Positions 19,522-29,364 are shown, counted from the stretch's first letter. The stretch: DNA of 32,000 bases from Cylindrospermopsis raciborskii Cr2010 (GCF_003367075.2 NZ_CP065936.1:2520001-2552000); one strand, 5' to 3'. Notes: generated from the sequence alone by a model not told the origin. Numbers and translations are program-made.

Positions 19522-21573
19522 TCAACTCTCAGCAATGGGTTTAACCCTTTTTATAGCTAATAGTGCCTGATATGTCATAGCTGCTACCTCTGCTCTGGTA
19601 GCTTCCTTTGTGGGTGACAGTATTTTTGGATCTGGATAATTGATAACTATATTTTGTTGACTTGCTGCGATCACAGCCACTTTGGCATATTCTGGGATAG
19701 CATTTTTATCCGTATAACTAAGGGAAGAGTGATTCTGGTTAGGAACCAGTCCCAGTCCGTTCACCAGAGAGACAATGACTTGTATTCTCTGGATGTTTTG
19801 ATCGGGACGAAAAGTCCGGTCACTAAATCCAGCAATAAATCCTCCACTAGAAGCTATCTGAATAGCTTTGACCGCCCAAAAGTCACTGGGAATGTCTATA
19901 AAATCCACAGTTGGTCGTTTAGCTACCGGGTTGAAAGCAGCTGCTATTAAAGCTGCATACTGAGATCTGGTCATGGGTTTATCTGGTTGATAACTACCGT
20001 CAGCAAAACCACTGGTAAGATTCATGCTAACTAATGCTCTAATATATGCTTCTGCCCAGTGCCCCACTAAATCAGAAAAAGAAGGTTGTTCCTTGTCGGG
20101 TTTGACAATGTAAGGGGAAGCTATAGCTTCTGCTTCACCTTTAGCCACTAAAGCTTGGTAAATTAGGGTTGCTACTTCCGCACGGGTTATTTCTCTCAGG
20201 GGTTCCAATAAATCTGTCTGAGGATAATTCAGGACTAGCAGTTTTTGAGTGGCAATGGTTGTTGCATTAATGGCATAACTAGGAATTTGTGCGCGATCGC
20301 CATAAATTAGTAAACCATTAGGATTGCTGCCAGTGAGTTTTAAGCCATTAACAATAGATACTATAGCTTGAACCCTAGTTAAGTTTTGTCCTGGTCTAAA
20401 AGTACCATCAGGAAAACCACTTAAAAAACCCCCATCAGCTGCACTAGCAATAGCTGAATTAGCCCAGAAATCGGTTCTAACATCTTTAAACCTATTTAGA
20501 TTCTGACTATCTGGTAGTTGAAAAGTTTTCTTAACCAAGGCCGCATATTGGGCACGAGTAATAGGTGTATTAGGTTGAAAAGTGCCATCAGGAAAACCGC
20601 CAATAAACCCCTTTGCTACTAAAGCTGTAATAAAAGCTGTAGCCCAGTGTGCATAAAGGTCAGAGAAGCTACTACTGATAACTGGAATAATTGTATCATT
20701 GGTGGCTGCTACCAGTTCTAACAATCCTTTAATCTGAGACGTATTGAGTTGATTACCTACGGAAATTAGACTTTGAGATGAACTATTTTGAACATCAAAA
20801 TTTTCCTGTTCCCGAAAAATATTGCCTGCAGGATCCTGTGGTTTGCCAAGGTCAGGGATGGCATTACCATTAATTGATAAACCACATTGGGTATTTTGAT
20901 ACATTAAATTCCCCCGCAATACTGGACTAGCATCGCGGGAGATTGCCATTCCGATTTGGTTTTTCCCCAACTTGTTATTAGCAATCAAAGGTGCGGCTAA
21001 ATCCGTAATAGCTATTCCCACAGGATTATTTTCAAACACATTGCGCAAAACCTCTCCCTTGCTAGAACGTGCCATCATTAAACCGCTGGCAATATTCTGT
21101 ATAAAAACATTATCCAAAATCGCCGGTTTAGATTGACCAGTACTCAATATTCCTTCCCGACCACATTTACACAAAGTATTATTAGCTAAGGTTGGTGCTG
21201 CGGATTCAATCCAAATTCCAGTTCCTTTACTTACAGAGTTAGTGACCGTTATACCCAGTATACTTCCATTACCGGAAAATAACAAGGTAATGTTTTGTAG
21301 ACCAAAACTGGGACTTTGATATTCACCCCCTCCGGTAATAATAATCCCTTCACCCTTTTTAGACTCATTACCCAGCAGCACGACTCCTTGGGGGATAACC
21401 AGGGGAAAAATCTCCCGGGTTTGGGTACTATAGCTTCCCTCAGACAAGCGTATAATTCCTGGAGATGGGATAGTTTTTAAGGCACGGGTGATAGTTTTAA
21501 ATGGACTCAACTGTGAACCATTATTGCTATCATTACCGGTTATAGGATTTACATATAATGAAGCAAGTTTCAT
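19522..21573 (-). CDS. Right-handed beta-helix (DUF1565/pectin-lyase-fold) protein with six C-terminal SLH domains
   Basis: N terminus MKLASLYVNPITGNDSNNGSQLSPFKTITRAL is the DUF1565 signature. Parallel beta-helix repeats extend to ~aa 290. Two tandem triplets of SLH domains follow (F.D....W......A...G...GF.DGTF.P). The track start at 21588 is GTG, so I use the ATG at 21571-21573. No obvious signal peptide. Confidence 0.85.
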   Translation of the reverse strand: MKLASLYVNPITGNDSNNGSQLSPFKTITRALKTIPSPGIIRLSEGSYSTQTREIFPLVIPQGVVLLGNESKKGEGIIITGGGEYQSPSFGLQNITLLFSGNGSILGITVTNSVSKGTGIWIESAAPTLANNTLCKCGREGILSTGQSKPAILDNVFIQNIASGLMMARSSKGEVLRNVFENNPVGIAITDLAAPLIANNKLGKNQIGMAISRDASPVLRGNLMYQNTQCGLSINGNAIPDLGKPQDPAGNIFREQENFDVQNSSSQSLISVGNQLNTSQIKGLLELVAATNDTIIPVISSSFSDLYAHWATAFITALVAKGFIGGFPDGTFQPNTPITRAQYAALVKKTFQLPDSQNLNRFKDVRTDFWANSAIASAADGGFLSGFPDGTFRPGQNLTRVQAIVSIVNGLKLTGSNPNGLLIYGDRAQIPSYAINATTIATQKLLVLNYPQTDLLEPLREITRAEVATLIYQALVAKGEAEAIASPYIVKPDKEQPSFSDLVGHWAEAYIRALVSMNLTSGFADGSYQPDKPMTRSQYAALIAAAFNPVAKRPTVDFIDIPSDFWAVKAIQIASSGGFIAGFSDRTFRPDQNIQRIQVIVSLVNGLGLVPNQNHSSLSYTDKNAIPEYAKVAVIAASQQNIVINYPDPKILSPTKEATRAEVAAMTYQALLAIKRVKPIAES

Positions 21574-21729
21574 AATACACGTTAACACCTAAAAAGTAGT
21601 AATATAATATAAATAGTATAGGATTTGCCATCAAAATTAGAGAATAAAAACGCCCCATAAGACAATTTTTCCGCGAGTATAATAGAGTAGAAAAATTATG
21701 CCGTCTTCAACCTTGTCAGTATACAATTC

Positions 21730-22728
21730 ATGATAGAAGTTGATCACCTGAGTAAAATATATGGTTCTACCCTTGCAATCACAGATGTCACCTTCAAAGT
21801 AGAACCCGGTGAAATTCTGGGATTTTTGGGTCCTAATGGTGCAGGTAAAACCACAACCATGAGGATTTTGGCCGGTTATCTCCCCCCTAGTAAGGGAACG
21901 GTTAAAATTGCTGGATATGATGTCCAGGATAATTCCCTAGCAGTACGCCAAAAAATCGGTTATTTGCCAGAGACACCTCCCTTATACCCCGAAATGACTG
22001 TGGAAGGTTTTTTGTACTTCGTGGCTCAAATTAAAGGTATTCCAGCAGGCGATCGCCCGACAAAAGTGAAAGCTGCCATGGCCAGGTGCAATATTACAGA
22101 AAAGCGTCAAGTAATTATTCGTAAGCTTTCCAAGGGATTTCGTCAAAGAGTGGGAATAGCCCAGGCCATTGTTCACGATCCCCCGGCTATTATTCTGGAT
22201 GAACCCACGGTGGGATTAGATCCCAGACAAATTATCGAAGTGCGAAACCTGATTAAAAGTTTAGCGGGTACACACACCATTATTCTTTCCACTCACATTC
22301 TCCCGGAAGTAAGTATGACCTGTAACCGAGTAGCCATTATTAACCGTGGTCAAATCGTGGCTACTAACAGTCCAGAAAACCTGATGACAAAGTTAACACA
22401 AGGTTCTGGTTATGAGCTGACTATTTCTGGGGAAGTTGACCTGGCTAAACAAGTTTTACAAAATATACCGGGGGTAAGTTTAGTAGAATCCATGCCTAAC
22501 TTGAGTACATGTCAGAATCCTGTTCTGCGTGTTTTATCAGAACCAGGATCGAATTTGGGAAATTATATAGCATCTGCATTAATTCACGGTGGATTTGAGT
22601 TACACGAAATGCGTCGAATTGGTGCTAGTCTAGAAGATGTATTTTTGAGACTCACTACTGAAGAAAAAATCTTATCTCAGTTTGTAGAAGCGAAAGACCT
22701 AGCACAAACCTCAGGAGACAACATTTAA
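21730..22728 (+). CDS. ABC transporter ATP-binding protein (ABC-2/GldA-like)
   Basis: 332 aa. Walker A GPNGAGKTT, signature LSKGFRQRV, Walker B IILDEPTVGLD. Confidence 0.93.
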   Translation: MIEVDHLSKIYGSTLAITDVTFKVEPGEILGFLGPNGAGKTTTMRILAGYLPPSKGTVKIAGYDVQDNSLAVRQKIGYLPETPPLYPEMTVEGFLYFVAQIKGIPAGDRPTKVKAAMARCNITEKRQVIIRKLSKGFRQRVGIAQAIVHDPPAIILDEPTVGLDPRQIIEVRNLIKSLAGTHTIILSTHILPEVSMTCNRVAIINRGQIVATNSPENLMTKLTQGSGYELTISGEVDLAKQVLQNIPGVSLVESMPNLSTCQNPVLRVLSEPGSNLGNYIASALIHGGFELHEMRRIGASLEDVFLRLTTEEKILSQFVEAKDLAQTSGDNI

Positions 22729-22729
22729 T

Positions 22730-23551
22730 ATGGGTAATATAGCTATCATAATTCCTAATATAATTGCCATTTATCGACGAGAATTACAAAGTTATTTTGT
22801 ATCACCATTAGCTTATGGAATAGCGGGAATATTTTGGTTTATTGCCAGTGTATTTTTCATACTTATACTATTAGGTCCAGGAGGGATTTTACCTACAGTT
22901 GCCATGTATGATTTACAAGGACAACAATTTGGAGTACCCATTCCTCCTATAGACGTACCATACGAGTTTATTAGGGCATTCTTAGATCGGATAAGTTGGT
23001 TATTATTATTTGTGTTACCTATTCTTTCCATGGGACTTTACGCAGAAGAAAGGAAATTAGGAACCTTAGAATTGTTAGCCACCTCACCAATTACTAATTG
23101 GGCGGTAGCTCTAGGTAAACTGTTGGGAGTTTTAACCTTTTTCATCAGTATGATCTTACCAATAATAGGACTACAGATCATAGTCATTAGCGAATCAAGT
23201 CCATCCATATCTTTGGTCATTCCTTTAATTAGCAATCTAGGACTAATACTCCTAGCTGCGTCAATTTTATCCTTGGGAATGTTCATTTCCTCCTTAACAA
23301 GTAGCACTGTTTTAGCAGCAATCTTGACCTTTGTAGTGGTTATCCTAATCTTATTAATAGAGTCCCTATCACAAGCATTACCAGGCTTACTAGGACAAAT
23401 TCTCAGTTATCTATCCCTGTTAAAACACTACAACACCTTAATCAAGGGAATTTTAGATAGCAGTAGCTTCATACTATTTGCCAGCTATATTATTCTGGGA
23501 ATTTTTCTGACTGCTCAATCAATAGATGCTCTGCGTTTTCAACGCCAATAG
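22730..23551 (+). CDS. ABC-2 type transporter permease (GldF-like)
   Basis: 273 aa, six hydrophobic segments. Starts 1 nt after the ATPase stop. The EERKLGTLELLATSPI motif is typical of ABC-2 permeases of the GldF/NosY type. Confidence 0.85.
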   Translation: MGNIAIIIPNIIAIYRRELQSYFVSPLAYGIAGIFWFIASVFFILILLGPGGILPTVAMYDLQGQQFGVPIPPIDVPYEFIRAFLDRISWLLLFVLPILSMGLYAEERKLGTLELLATSPITNWAVALGKLLGVLTFFISMILPIIGLQIIVISESSPSISLVIPLISNLGLILLAASILSLGMFISSLTSSTVLAAILTFVVVILILLIESLSQALPGLLGQILSYLSLLKHYNTLIKGILDSSSFILFASYIILGIFLTAQSIDALRFQRQ

Positions 23552-23597
23552 TCACCTTAGTAAGAGTCACAATCATCGGAGATTTACATAACTAAAA

Positions 23598-25175
23598 ATG
23601 AGACAAGTACTTAAAATCAACTTCATCAAACCACTGATTGTATTCGGATTCTTATTAGGACCATTCTTTTTGGCTCTGGGGTTAACGATTGGCACTACAT
23701 CCCAATGGACTATTCTCCCTCTAGGGTTTATTACTGCTGGGGTGGTAATTTGTCTTTTTTGGGTACTGGTGCAAGCTCACAAAAGTCAGTTTTGGCAACA
23801 ACGTTCTACCCAGTCAAACACCAATGCTGTAATTGCCATATTAGCTGTCCTAACAATTCTAGGATTAATCAATTTTTTAGGTAATCGCTATCACATTCGG
23901 TTAGACCTAACAGAAACCCAGTTATTTACCCTAGCGCCCCAATCTCAAGAAATACTGCGCACCTTACCTGAACCAGCCAAACTTTGGTTATTCACTAGGG
24001 AAAAAAATCCAGAGGATCAAGAATTACTAAAAAGGTATGGTCAACAAAATCCCCAATTTAGCTTTGAATATGTTGATCCTCAAACGAGACCAGGTTTGGC
24101 AGAAAAATTTGGAGTCAATGATTTTGGTAAAGTGTATCTTGAATATAATAATAAACATCAGTTGGTACAAAATGTGAATGAAAATGAACGTCTATCAGAA
24201 GTCAAGTTAACCAGTCAACTACAAAAGATTATCAGCAACGATTCTCCTAAAGTTTACCTTTTACAAGGTCACGGTGAATTAGAAATTGCCAACTCTAAAA
24301 ATCCTGAGAATTCCATATCCCAAGCTATTCAAGGATTAACAGATAATAATTTTACCCCTCTAGCTCTAAGCTTAACCCAACAAACTACAGTCCCTGCAGA
24401 CGCTGGGGTTGTGGTAATTGCCAGTCCCAAACGGGAATTATTGCCAGGTGAAATTACAGCTTTGGAAAACTATCTGAATATTGGTGGCAATCTTATGCTC
24501 ATGATTGACCCAAATCATGACCCAAAACTTGATACTTTACTAAAAAGTTGGGGTGTGCAATTAGACAACCGATTGGCTATTGATATCACTGGAGGAAATT
24601 TAGGACTAGGACCTGCTTCTCCTTTGATTACCGAATATGGACAACACCCCATCACCCAGGATTTTCGCAACGGTATTTCTTTTTATCCTATCGCACGTCC
24701 TATTCTTGTAGAACCTACTCCTGGTATCCAGTCTACCCCTCTACTCAGAACTAAAGCATATCCTGATAGTTGGGCTGAAAGTGATCAAGAAAACGAAAAG
24801 CTGGAGTTTAACGAAGGTAAGGATTTAAAGGGTCCTTTAACATTAGGTGTAGCATTAACTAAGAAGTTAGCATCTCCCATGCAGGAAAATTCCCCAGCTA
24901 AGACTCGAGAATCTCGATTGGTTATTTTTGGCAATTCACAGTTTGCTAGGGATGGGTTATTTCAGCAACAATTGAATGGAGATGTATTTCTCAATTCAGT
25001 TAGTTGGTTGAGTCAAAAAGAGGAACAACCTTTGTCCATTCGACCCAAGGAACAAACAAACCGTCGGATTATTATGTCGAATATGAAAGCCAATTTGCTG
25101 GGTGTTTCCTCTCTACTAATTTTACCTCTCATTGGGTTTTTGAGCAGTGTTGTTATATGGTGGTTCAGAAGATAA
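23598..25175 (+). CDS. GldG-like ABC-transporter auxiliary protein (N- and C-terminal TM anchors, large extracytoplasmic domain)
   Basis: 525 aa. Two N-terminal TM helices and one C-terminal TM helix. Central region (KVYLLQGHGE...VVVIASPKRELLPGEITALENYLNIGGNLMLMIDP) matches the GldG / ABC_transp_aux family pattern. Confidence 0.8.
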   Translation: MRQVLKINFIKPLIVFGFLLGPFFLALGLTIGTTSQWTILPLGFITAGVVICLFWVLVQAHKSQFWQQRSTQSNTNAVIAILAVLTILGLINFLGNRYHIRLDLTETQLFTLAPQSQEILRTLPEPAKLWLFTREKNPEDQELLKRYGQQNPQFSFEYVDPQTRPGLAEKFGVNDFGKVYLEYNNKHQLVQNVNENERLSEVKLTSQLQKIISNDSPKVYLLQGHGELEIANSKNPENSISQAIQGLTDNNFTPLALSLTQQTTVPADAGVVVIASPKRELLPGEITALENYLNIGGNLMLMIDPNHDPKLDTLLKSWGVQLDNRLAIDITGGNLGLGPASPLITEYGQHPITQDFRNGISFYPIARPILVEPTPGIQSTPLLRTKAYPDSWAESDQENEKLEFNEGKDLKGPLTLGVALTKKLASPMQENSPAKTRESRLVIFGNSQFARDGLFQQQLNGDVFLNSVSWLSQKEEQPLSIRPKEQTNRRIIMSNMKANLLGVSSLLILPLIGFLSSVVIWWFRR

Positions 25176-25213
25176 TTGATAATTGTTTATTTTTCTTACC
25201 TTTTTGGAGCAAA

Positions 25214-25861
25214 ATGAAGCACACGACTTTAGTTTTAGTAATTTTAGCCCTAGCTTTAGGTGGTTTTGTCTACTTTGATGAAATGAAACGCAAGAGTCAA
25301 TTAGAACAAGTTGCACAAAATACCCAAAAACAAATAAATCAACCTAACAATTCTCAAGAATCTAATCAACGGGAAAAAAAGCAAATTTTTTCTTTTAATA
25401 CCGGTGATATTCAGTCAATAACCATTAAAACCCAAGACTATACATTGGATTTAGAACAGAGGAGCAAATCCGAACCGCCAAATTGGTTAGTGAAACTACC
25501 TCCATCCACTACGCCCAAGCCAGCACAAAAAGCCATAGTTTCCTATTTGACAGATTTATTGACTAAGGGTAAAACTGAAAATATCATCCCCGTCCCAGTT
25601 AGCCGATTAAGTGAGTTTGGACTAGATAAACCTTTTGCGGTTATTGATATTAAACTTCAAAGTCAAGAAAAGCATCAACTCGTTCTTGGTAAACCTAACT
25701 TTAATAATACTTTATTATATGCAAAAGTTAATTATACTGATAGCAATAGTCAAAGTATAGAGGTTTTGTTGGTATCTAAGGATTTTGCAAATGCGGTAAA
25801 TAGACAATTATCTGAGTGGGAGGAACCTACCTTGTCATCCTCCGATAATCTCCCAAACTAA
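25214..25861 (+). CDS. DUF4340-domain membrane-anchored protein
   Basis: 215 aa from the ATG at 25214 (MKHTTLVLVILALALGGFVYF = N-terminal TM anchor). The upstream 70 codons of the track ORF overlap the GldG-like gene. DUF4340 genes typically follow gldG-like genes. Confidence 0.7.
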   Translation: MKHTTLVLVILALALGGFVYFDEMKRKSQLEQVAQNTQKQINQPNNSQESNQREKKQIFSFNTGDIQSITIKTQDYTLDLEQRSKSEPPNWLVKLPPSTTPKPAQKAIVSYLTDLLTKGKTENIIPVPVSRLSEFGLDKPFAVIDIKLQSQEKHQLVLGKPNFNNTLLYAKVNYTDSNSQSIEVLLVSKDFANAVNRQLSEWEEPTLSSSDNLPN

Positions 25862-25863
25862 CC

Positions 25864-27045
25864 ATGGTAAAACAAGTGAAATCTAACTATTCTGTACAAT
25901 GGAGTGATCACATTAGCCAAATTCCTCAAACTGCTTGGGATGCTTTAGCAATACCCCTAAAAACCCCCTTTTTGGAATGGTGCTGGTTACATAATATGGA
26001 AAGTTCCCATAGCGTCACTGCTAACACTGGCTGGTTACCAAACCATTTAACGTTATGGCGTGATAATGTATTAATCGGTGCAGCTCCTCTTTATATTAAA
26101 GGGCATAGTCAAGGAGAATTTGTTTTTGATCATCAGTGGGCAGATTTAGCTTATCGTATAGGTGTGGACTACTACCCAAAGTTATTGGGAATGTCACCCC
26201 TTACTCCTGCTGAAGGTTATCGCTTTCTAATTGCTCCTGGAGAGGATGAGGAAGAAATCACAGCGGTTATGGTTCGCGAAATTGATGATTTTTGTGTTAG
26301 GCACAATATTTCTGGCTGTCATTTTTTATATGTTGACCCCCAATGGCAATTAGTGCTAGAAAAACAGGGTTTTACCCCCTGGTTACACCATAGCTATATT
26401 TGGCAAAATGACGGTTTTGCCAGTTTTGAGGATTATTTAAAAATCTTTAATGCTAACCAAAGGAGGAATATTAAAAGAGAACGTAAAGCGGTGGAAACAG
26501 CGGGGTTAAAACTCCAAGCTGTCACAGGTGAGGAGATTCCTCAGTCTTTATTTCCATTAATGTACGAATTTTACTCTGATACCTGTGATAAGTTCGGTTG
26601 GTGGGGTAGTAAGTATCTAACTAAAAGGTTTTTTGAAAGTCTATATCTTAATTATCGCCATCGGGTAGTATTTTTTGCCGCCCATAATCAGCAATCCACA
26701 AGCCAACCTTTAGGAATGTCTTTTTGTTTATTTAAAGACGACAGGTTATATGGACGTTACTGGGGAAGTTTTCAAGAAATAGATTGTCTCCACTTTGATG
26801 CTTGTTATTATACACCCATCGAGTGGGCTATATCCCGTAAAATCCAAATTTTCGATCCGGGTGCAGGTGGTAGACACAAGCAACGGCGAGGTTTTCCAGC
26901 TACTCCCAATCACAGTTTGCACCGCTTTTATCATAACCACTTGGGTCAACTTTTACGCCGTTATATTTCCCAGGCAAATAATCATGAAGCACAACAGATA
27001 ACAGCTATGAACGCAGATCTACCTTTCAATCCTAATCCCTGTTAA
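25864..27045 (+). CDS. COG3146/DUF482 FemAB-like (GNAT-fold) protein of unknown function
   Basis: 393 aa. Starts 2 nt after the previous stop. The pattern FLEWCWLHNMESS...GWLPNHLTLW...PLYIKGHSQGEFVFDHQWADLAYR...FNANQRRNIKRERK fits the family annotated 'peptidoglycan biosynthesis/recognition FemAB-like'. Confidence 0.75.
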   Translation: MVKQVKSNYSVQWSDHISQIPQTAWDALAIPLKTPFLEWCWLHNMESSHSVTANTGWLPNHLTLWRDNVLIGAAPLYIKGHSQGEFVFDHQWADLAYRIGVDYYPKLLGMSPLTPAEGYRFLIAPGEDEEEITAVMVREIDDFCVRHNISGCHFLYVDPQWQLVLEKQGFTPWLHHSYIWQNDGFASFEDYLKIFNANQRRNIKRERKAVETAGLKLQAVTGEEIPQSLFPLMYEFYSDTCDKFGWWGSKYLTKRFFESLYLNYRHRVVFFAAHNQQSTSQPLGMSFCLFKDDRLYGRYWGSFQEIDCLHFDACYYTPIEWAISRKIQIFDPGAGGRHKQRRGFPATPNHSLHRFYHNHLGQLLRRYISQANNHEAQQITAMNADLPFNPNPC

Positions 27046-27112
27046 AAACAATCGACAAAAAATTACCTTGTATCTGTAAGATAAGAAAATATGGACATAT
27101 TTTTCTACAATC

Positions 27113-27496
27113 ATGGATTTAATAATTGACGATTTAACTGCTATTGACGATAAACTTTCCCAACGTCACATTGACCTTGACCCTCATGGTTACTTTATAA
27201 TATATATAGATGCCAATGAGCGTTTAATTCATGCTAAACACTTTACTAATTTTATTGATGAACGTGGTTTAGCTGTGGACCCAGAAACCGGTAAGGTCAT
27301 TCCTGCACGAGGTAAGGTGGAAAGAAATCACACAACTGTTTTCAGTGGTCGTACTGCCAAAGAATTGTGTGTGAAAATCTTTGAACAAACCGAACCTTGT
27401 CCTGTTAGCTTCCTAAACCATGCAGCCTACTTGGGACGGGAATTTGTCCGAGCTGAGGTGGCTTTAGTTACCGGAAAGGAGTACGTGCAGGATTAA
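27113..27496 (+). CDS. DUF4346-domain protein
   Basis: 127 aa. The pattern DLDPHGYFIIYIDANERLIHAKHF...GRTAKELCVKIFE...HAAYLGREFVRAE matches my recollection of cyanobacterial DUF4346 proteins. Confidence 0.6.
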   Translation: MDLIIDDLTAIDDKLSQRHIDLDPHGYFIIYIDANERLIHAKHFTNFIDERGLAVDPETGKVIPARGKVERNHTTVFSGRTAKELCVKIFEQTEPCPVSFLNHAAYLGREFVRAEVALVTGKEYVQD

Positions 27497-27516
27497 GTAT
27501 TTGTCGGGGAGTGGTC

Positions 27517-28248
27517 TTAACCTTCCTTGGATGGTTGATTGATTTGGTATATGTAATAGGTGGCCATGGGAATAACCGTCGCTGCAATTAACAGTCCTAC
27601 TACCCACGCAGTAGAATTGCTCTTGTTCTTATTAGTCTGCTCTGCTGTGGCAAATGTCCCTTCTACCTGGATGCTTTCTTTCTCCTCCGGTGGACCAGGA
27701 TCAGGTTCACCAGAAAGCACTGCTACCAGGCGATCGCGCACATTAAGCAATCCTTGGTTGTATTTATTGCCAGAACGCAATTCTATTCCCAGGGTTTTTT
27801 CCGTAACACTGGTAGCTATTTCATCGGTCAAGAGAGTTTTCACCTGTTCTCCACTCACGATGGTGGCCCCATTTGTTAAGGTATCAACCACTAGAATGGA
27901 TTGATTTGCCTGGGTTTCAGGTGTGGGAAACCATTTGGTGAATAAGGCCTGAGCAAAGCTCTGTGGTGTTTCTCCGTAGTCGAACCGATGAATAGTTACT
28001 ATTCGCACTTCCTTACCGGTTTTTCGAGACAGGTCTTGAAAAGCACTAGTAATTTGCCCCTCGTTAAAGCGACTAATTACATCTCCCTCGTCTACTATCC
28101 AAGTATTGGGGGTCAGATCAGGTATTTGATACACCCCCGTAGCACCAGCTGGGGTGGTGGGGACAGATACGATCATCAATAATACTGATAGTATCAAGAT
28201 AGTGATGTATTGAGGGGTGCTGAATAATTGTTTAAGTAGCTGTTTCAT
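27517..28248 (-). CDS. TPM-domain protein (Psb32-like, thylakoid/periplasm-facing, C-terminal TM anchor)
   Basis: N-terminal signal/anchor, TPM-like core (IVDEGDVISRFNEGQITSAFQDLSRKTGKEVRIVTI...), C-terminal TM helix. The track start at 28272 is GTG, so I use the ATG at 28246-28248. Confidence 0.7.
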   Translation of the reverse strand: MKQLLKQLFSTPQYITILILSVLLMIVSVPTTPAGATGVYQIPDLTPNTWIVDEGDVISRFNEGQITSAFQDLSRKTGKEVRIVTIHRFDYGETPQSFAQALFTKWFPTPETQANQSILVVDTLTNGATIVSGEQVKTLLTDEIATSVTEKTLGIELRSGNKYNQGLLNVRDRLVAVLSGEPDPGPPEEKESIQVEGTFATAEQTNKNKSNSTAWVVGLLIAATVIPMATYYIYQINQPSKEG

Positions 28249-28338
28249 AATGAATCCCAAGATGAATTCCACAATACCATTAGAATCACAATACTATAGA
28301 AGTGTCTCTAATACTCTGATTTCACACTCTATTCAACC

Positions 28339-29364
28339 ATGCCAATCTATATTTATTGGGGTGAAGATGATTTTGCTATAGAAAAAGCAGTTACCTTACT
28401 GCGCGATCGCATTCTTGACCCTTTATGGACTAGTTTCAATTATACTACTTTTCTCCCTGACCAGGGTGATTCTGTAATTCAGGCCCTGAATCAAGTTATG
28501 ACACCCAGTTTTGGAGCTGGTGGGAGGTTAGTTTGGTTAATCAACTCCAACTTGTGTCAAAATTGTCCGGAGAATATATTCTCGGAACTAAAACGCACCT
28601 TACCCGTCATACCAGAAAGTTCCTTTTTGTTGGTGACTAGTCCCAACAAACCCGATGAACGTCTCAAGTCCACAAAACTACTCAAACAATTTGCTGATTT
28701 CCGCGAGTTTTCCCTCATCCCACCCTGGAAAACTGAATTACTAGTCCAAGCTGTGAATCAAGCTGCTCAGGATATTGGCATCAAACTAACACCACAAGTT
28801 GCTGAAACTTTGGCGGAATCTATTGGTAATGATAGCCGACTTCTCTACACAGAAATAGAAAAATTGCGTCTTTATTTAGCCAGTAGTAATATTCCACTCA
28901 CTAGTACAATTGTAACCCAACTAGTCAGAAATACCACTCACAACACCCTCCAATTAGCTGCGGCCATTAAAGCAGGTGATTCAGCCAAAGCATTAGGCAT
29001 TTTAGCAGATTTAATTGGCGCTGCTGAACCAGGACTAAGAATAGTTGCTACCCTCACGGGTCAATTCCGTACTTGGCTATGGGTAAAAATGATGATGGAA
29101 TCGGGAGAGCGCAATCCCCAGGCGATCGCCCAGGGTGCGGAGGTAAGCAATCCTAAACGGATTTACTTCTTACAGCAAGAAGTCAAGTCTCTATCTGTAG
29201 AACAGCTAGTTTTTTCCTTACCTCTACTGTTGGAATTAGAAGTTAGTCTCAAGCAAGGAGCTTCTGAAATCCTTACCCTTCAAACTAAAGTAATTGAACT
29301 TTGTCAACTATATCAGAAATCCGGAACTTTTCAACCTGAGAATAAATCAAATCTACTAACATAA
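28339..29364 (+). CDS. holA: DNA polymerase III delta subunit
   Basis: 341 aa. N terminus PIYIYWGEDDFAIEKAV and overall length and pattern are typical of cyanobacterial HolA. Confidence 0.8.
   Translation: MPIYIYWGEDDFAIEKAVTLLRDRILDPLWTSFNYTTFLPDQGDSVIQALNQVMTPSFGAGGRLVWLINSNLCQNCPENIFSELKRTLPVIPESSFLLVTSPNKPDERLKSTKLLKQFADFREFSLIPPWKTELLVQAVNQAAQDIGIKLTPQVAETLAESIGNDSRLLYTEIEKLRLYLASSNIPLTSTIVTQLVRNTTHNTLQLAAAIKAGDSAKALGILADLIGAAEPGLRIVATLTGQFRTWLWVKMMMESGERNPQAIAQGAEVSNPKRIYFLQQEVKSLSVEQLVFSLPLLLELEVSLKQGASEILTLQTKVIELCQLYQKSGTFQPENKSNLLT

Noticed and set aside
21574-21588. GTG-initiated extensions of track ORFs (SLH protein at 21588; also feoA at 2727 and the TPM protein at 28272)
   Set aside because: In each case the first codon is GTG (revcomp cac), and an ATG lies 5-8 codons downstream that gives the family-typical N terminus. 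This remains uncertain without ribosome profiling.
25004-25213. Upstream 70 codons of the DUF4340 ORF
   Set aside because: They overlap the C terminus of the GldG-like gene in another frame. The ATG at 25214 gives a clean N-terminal TM anchor.
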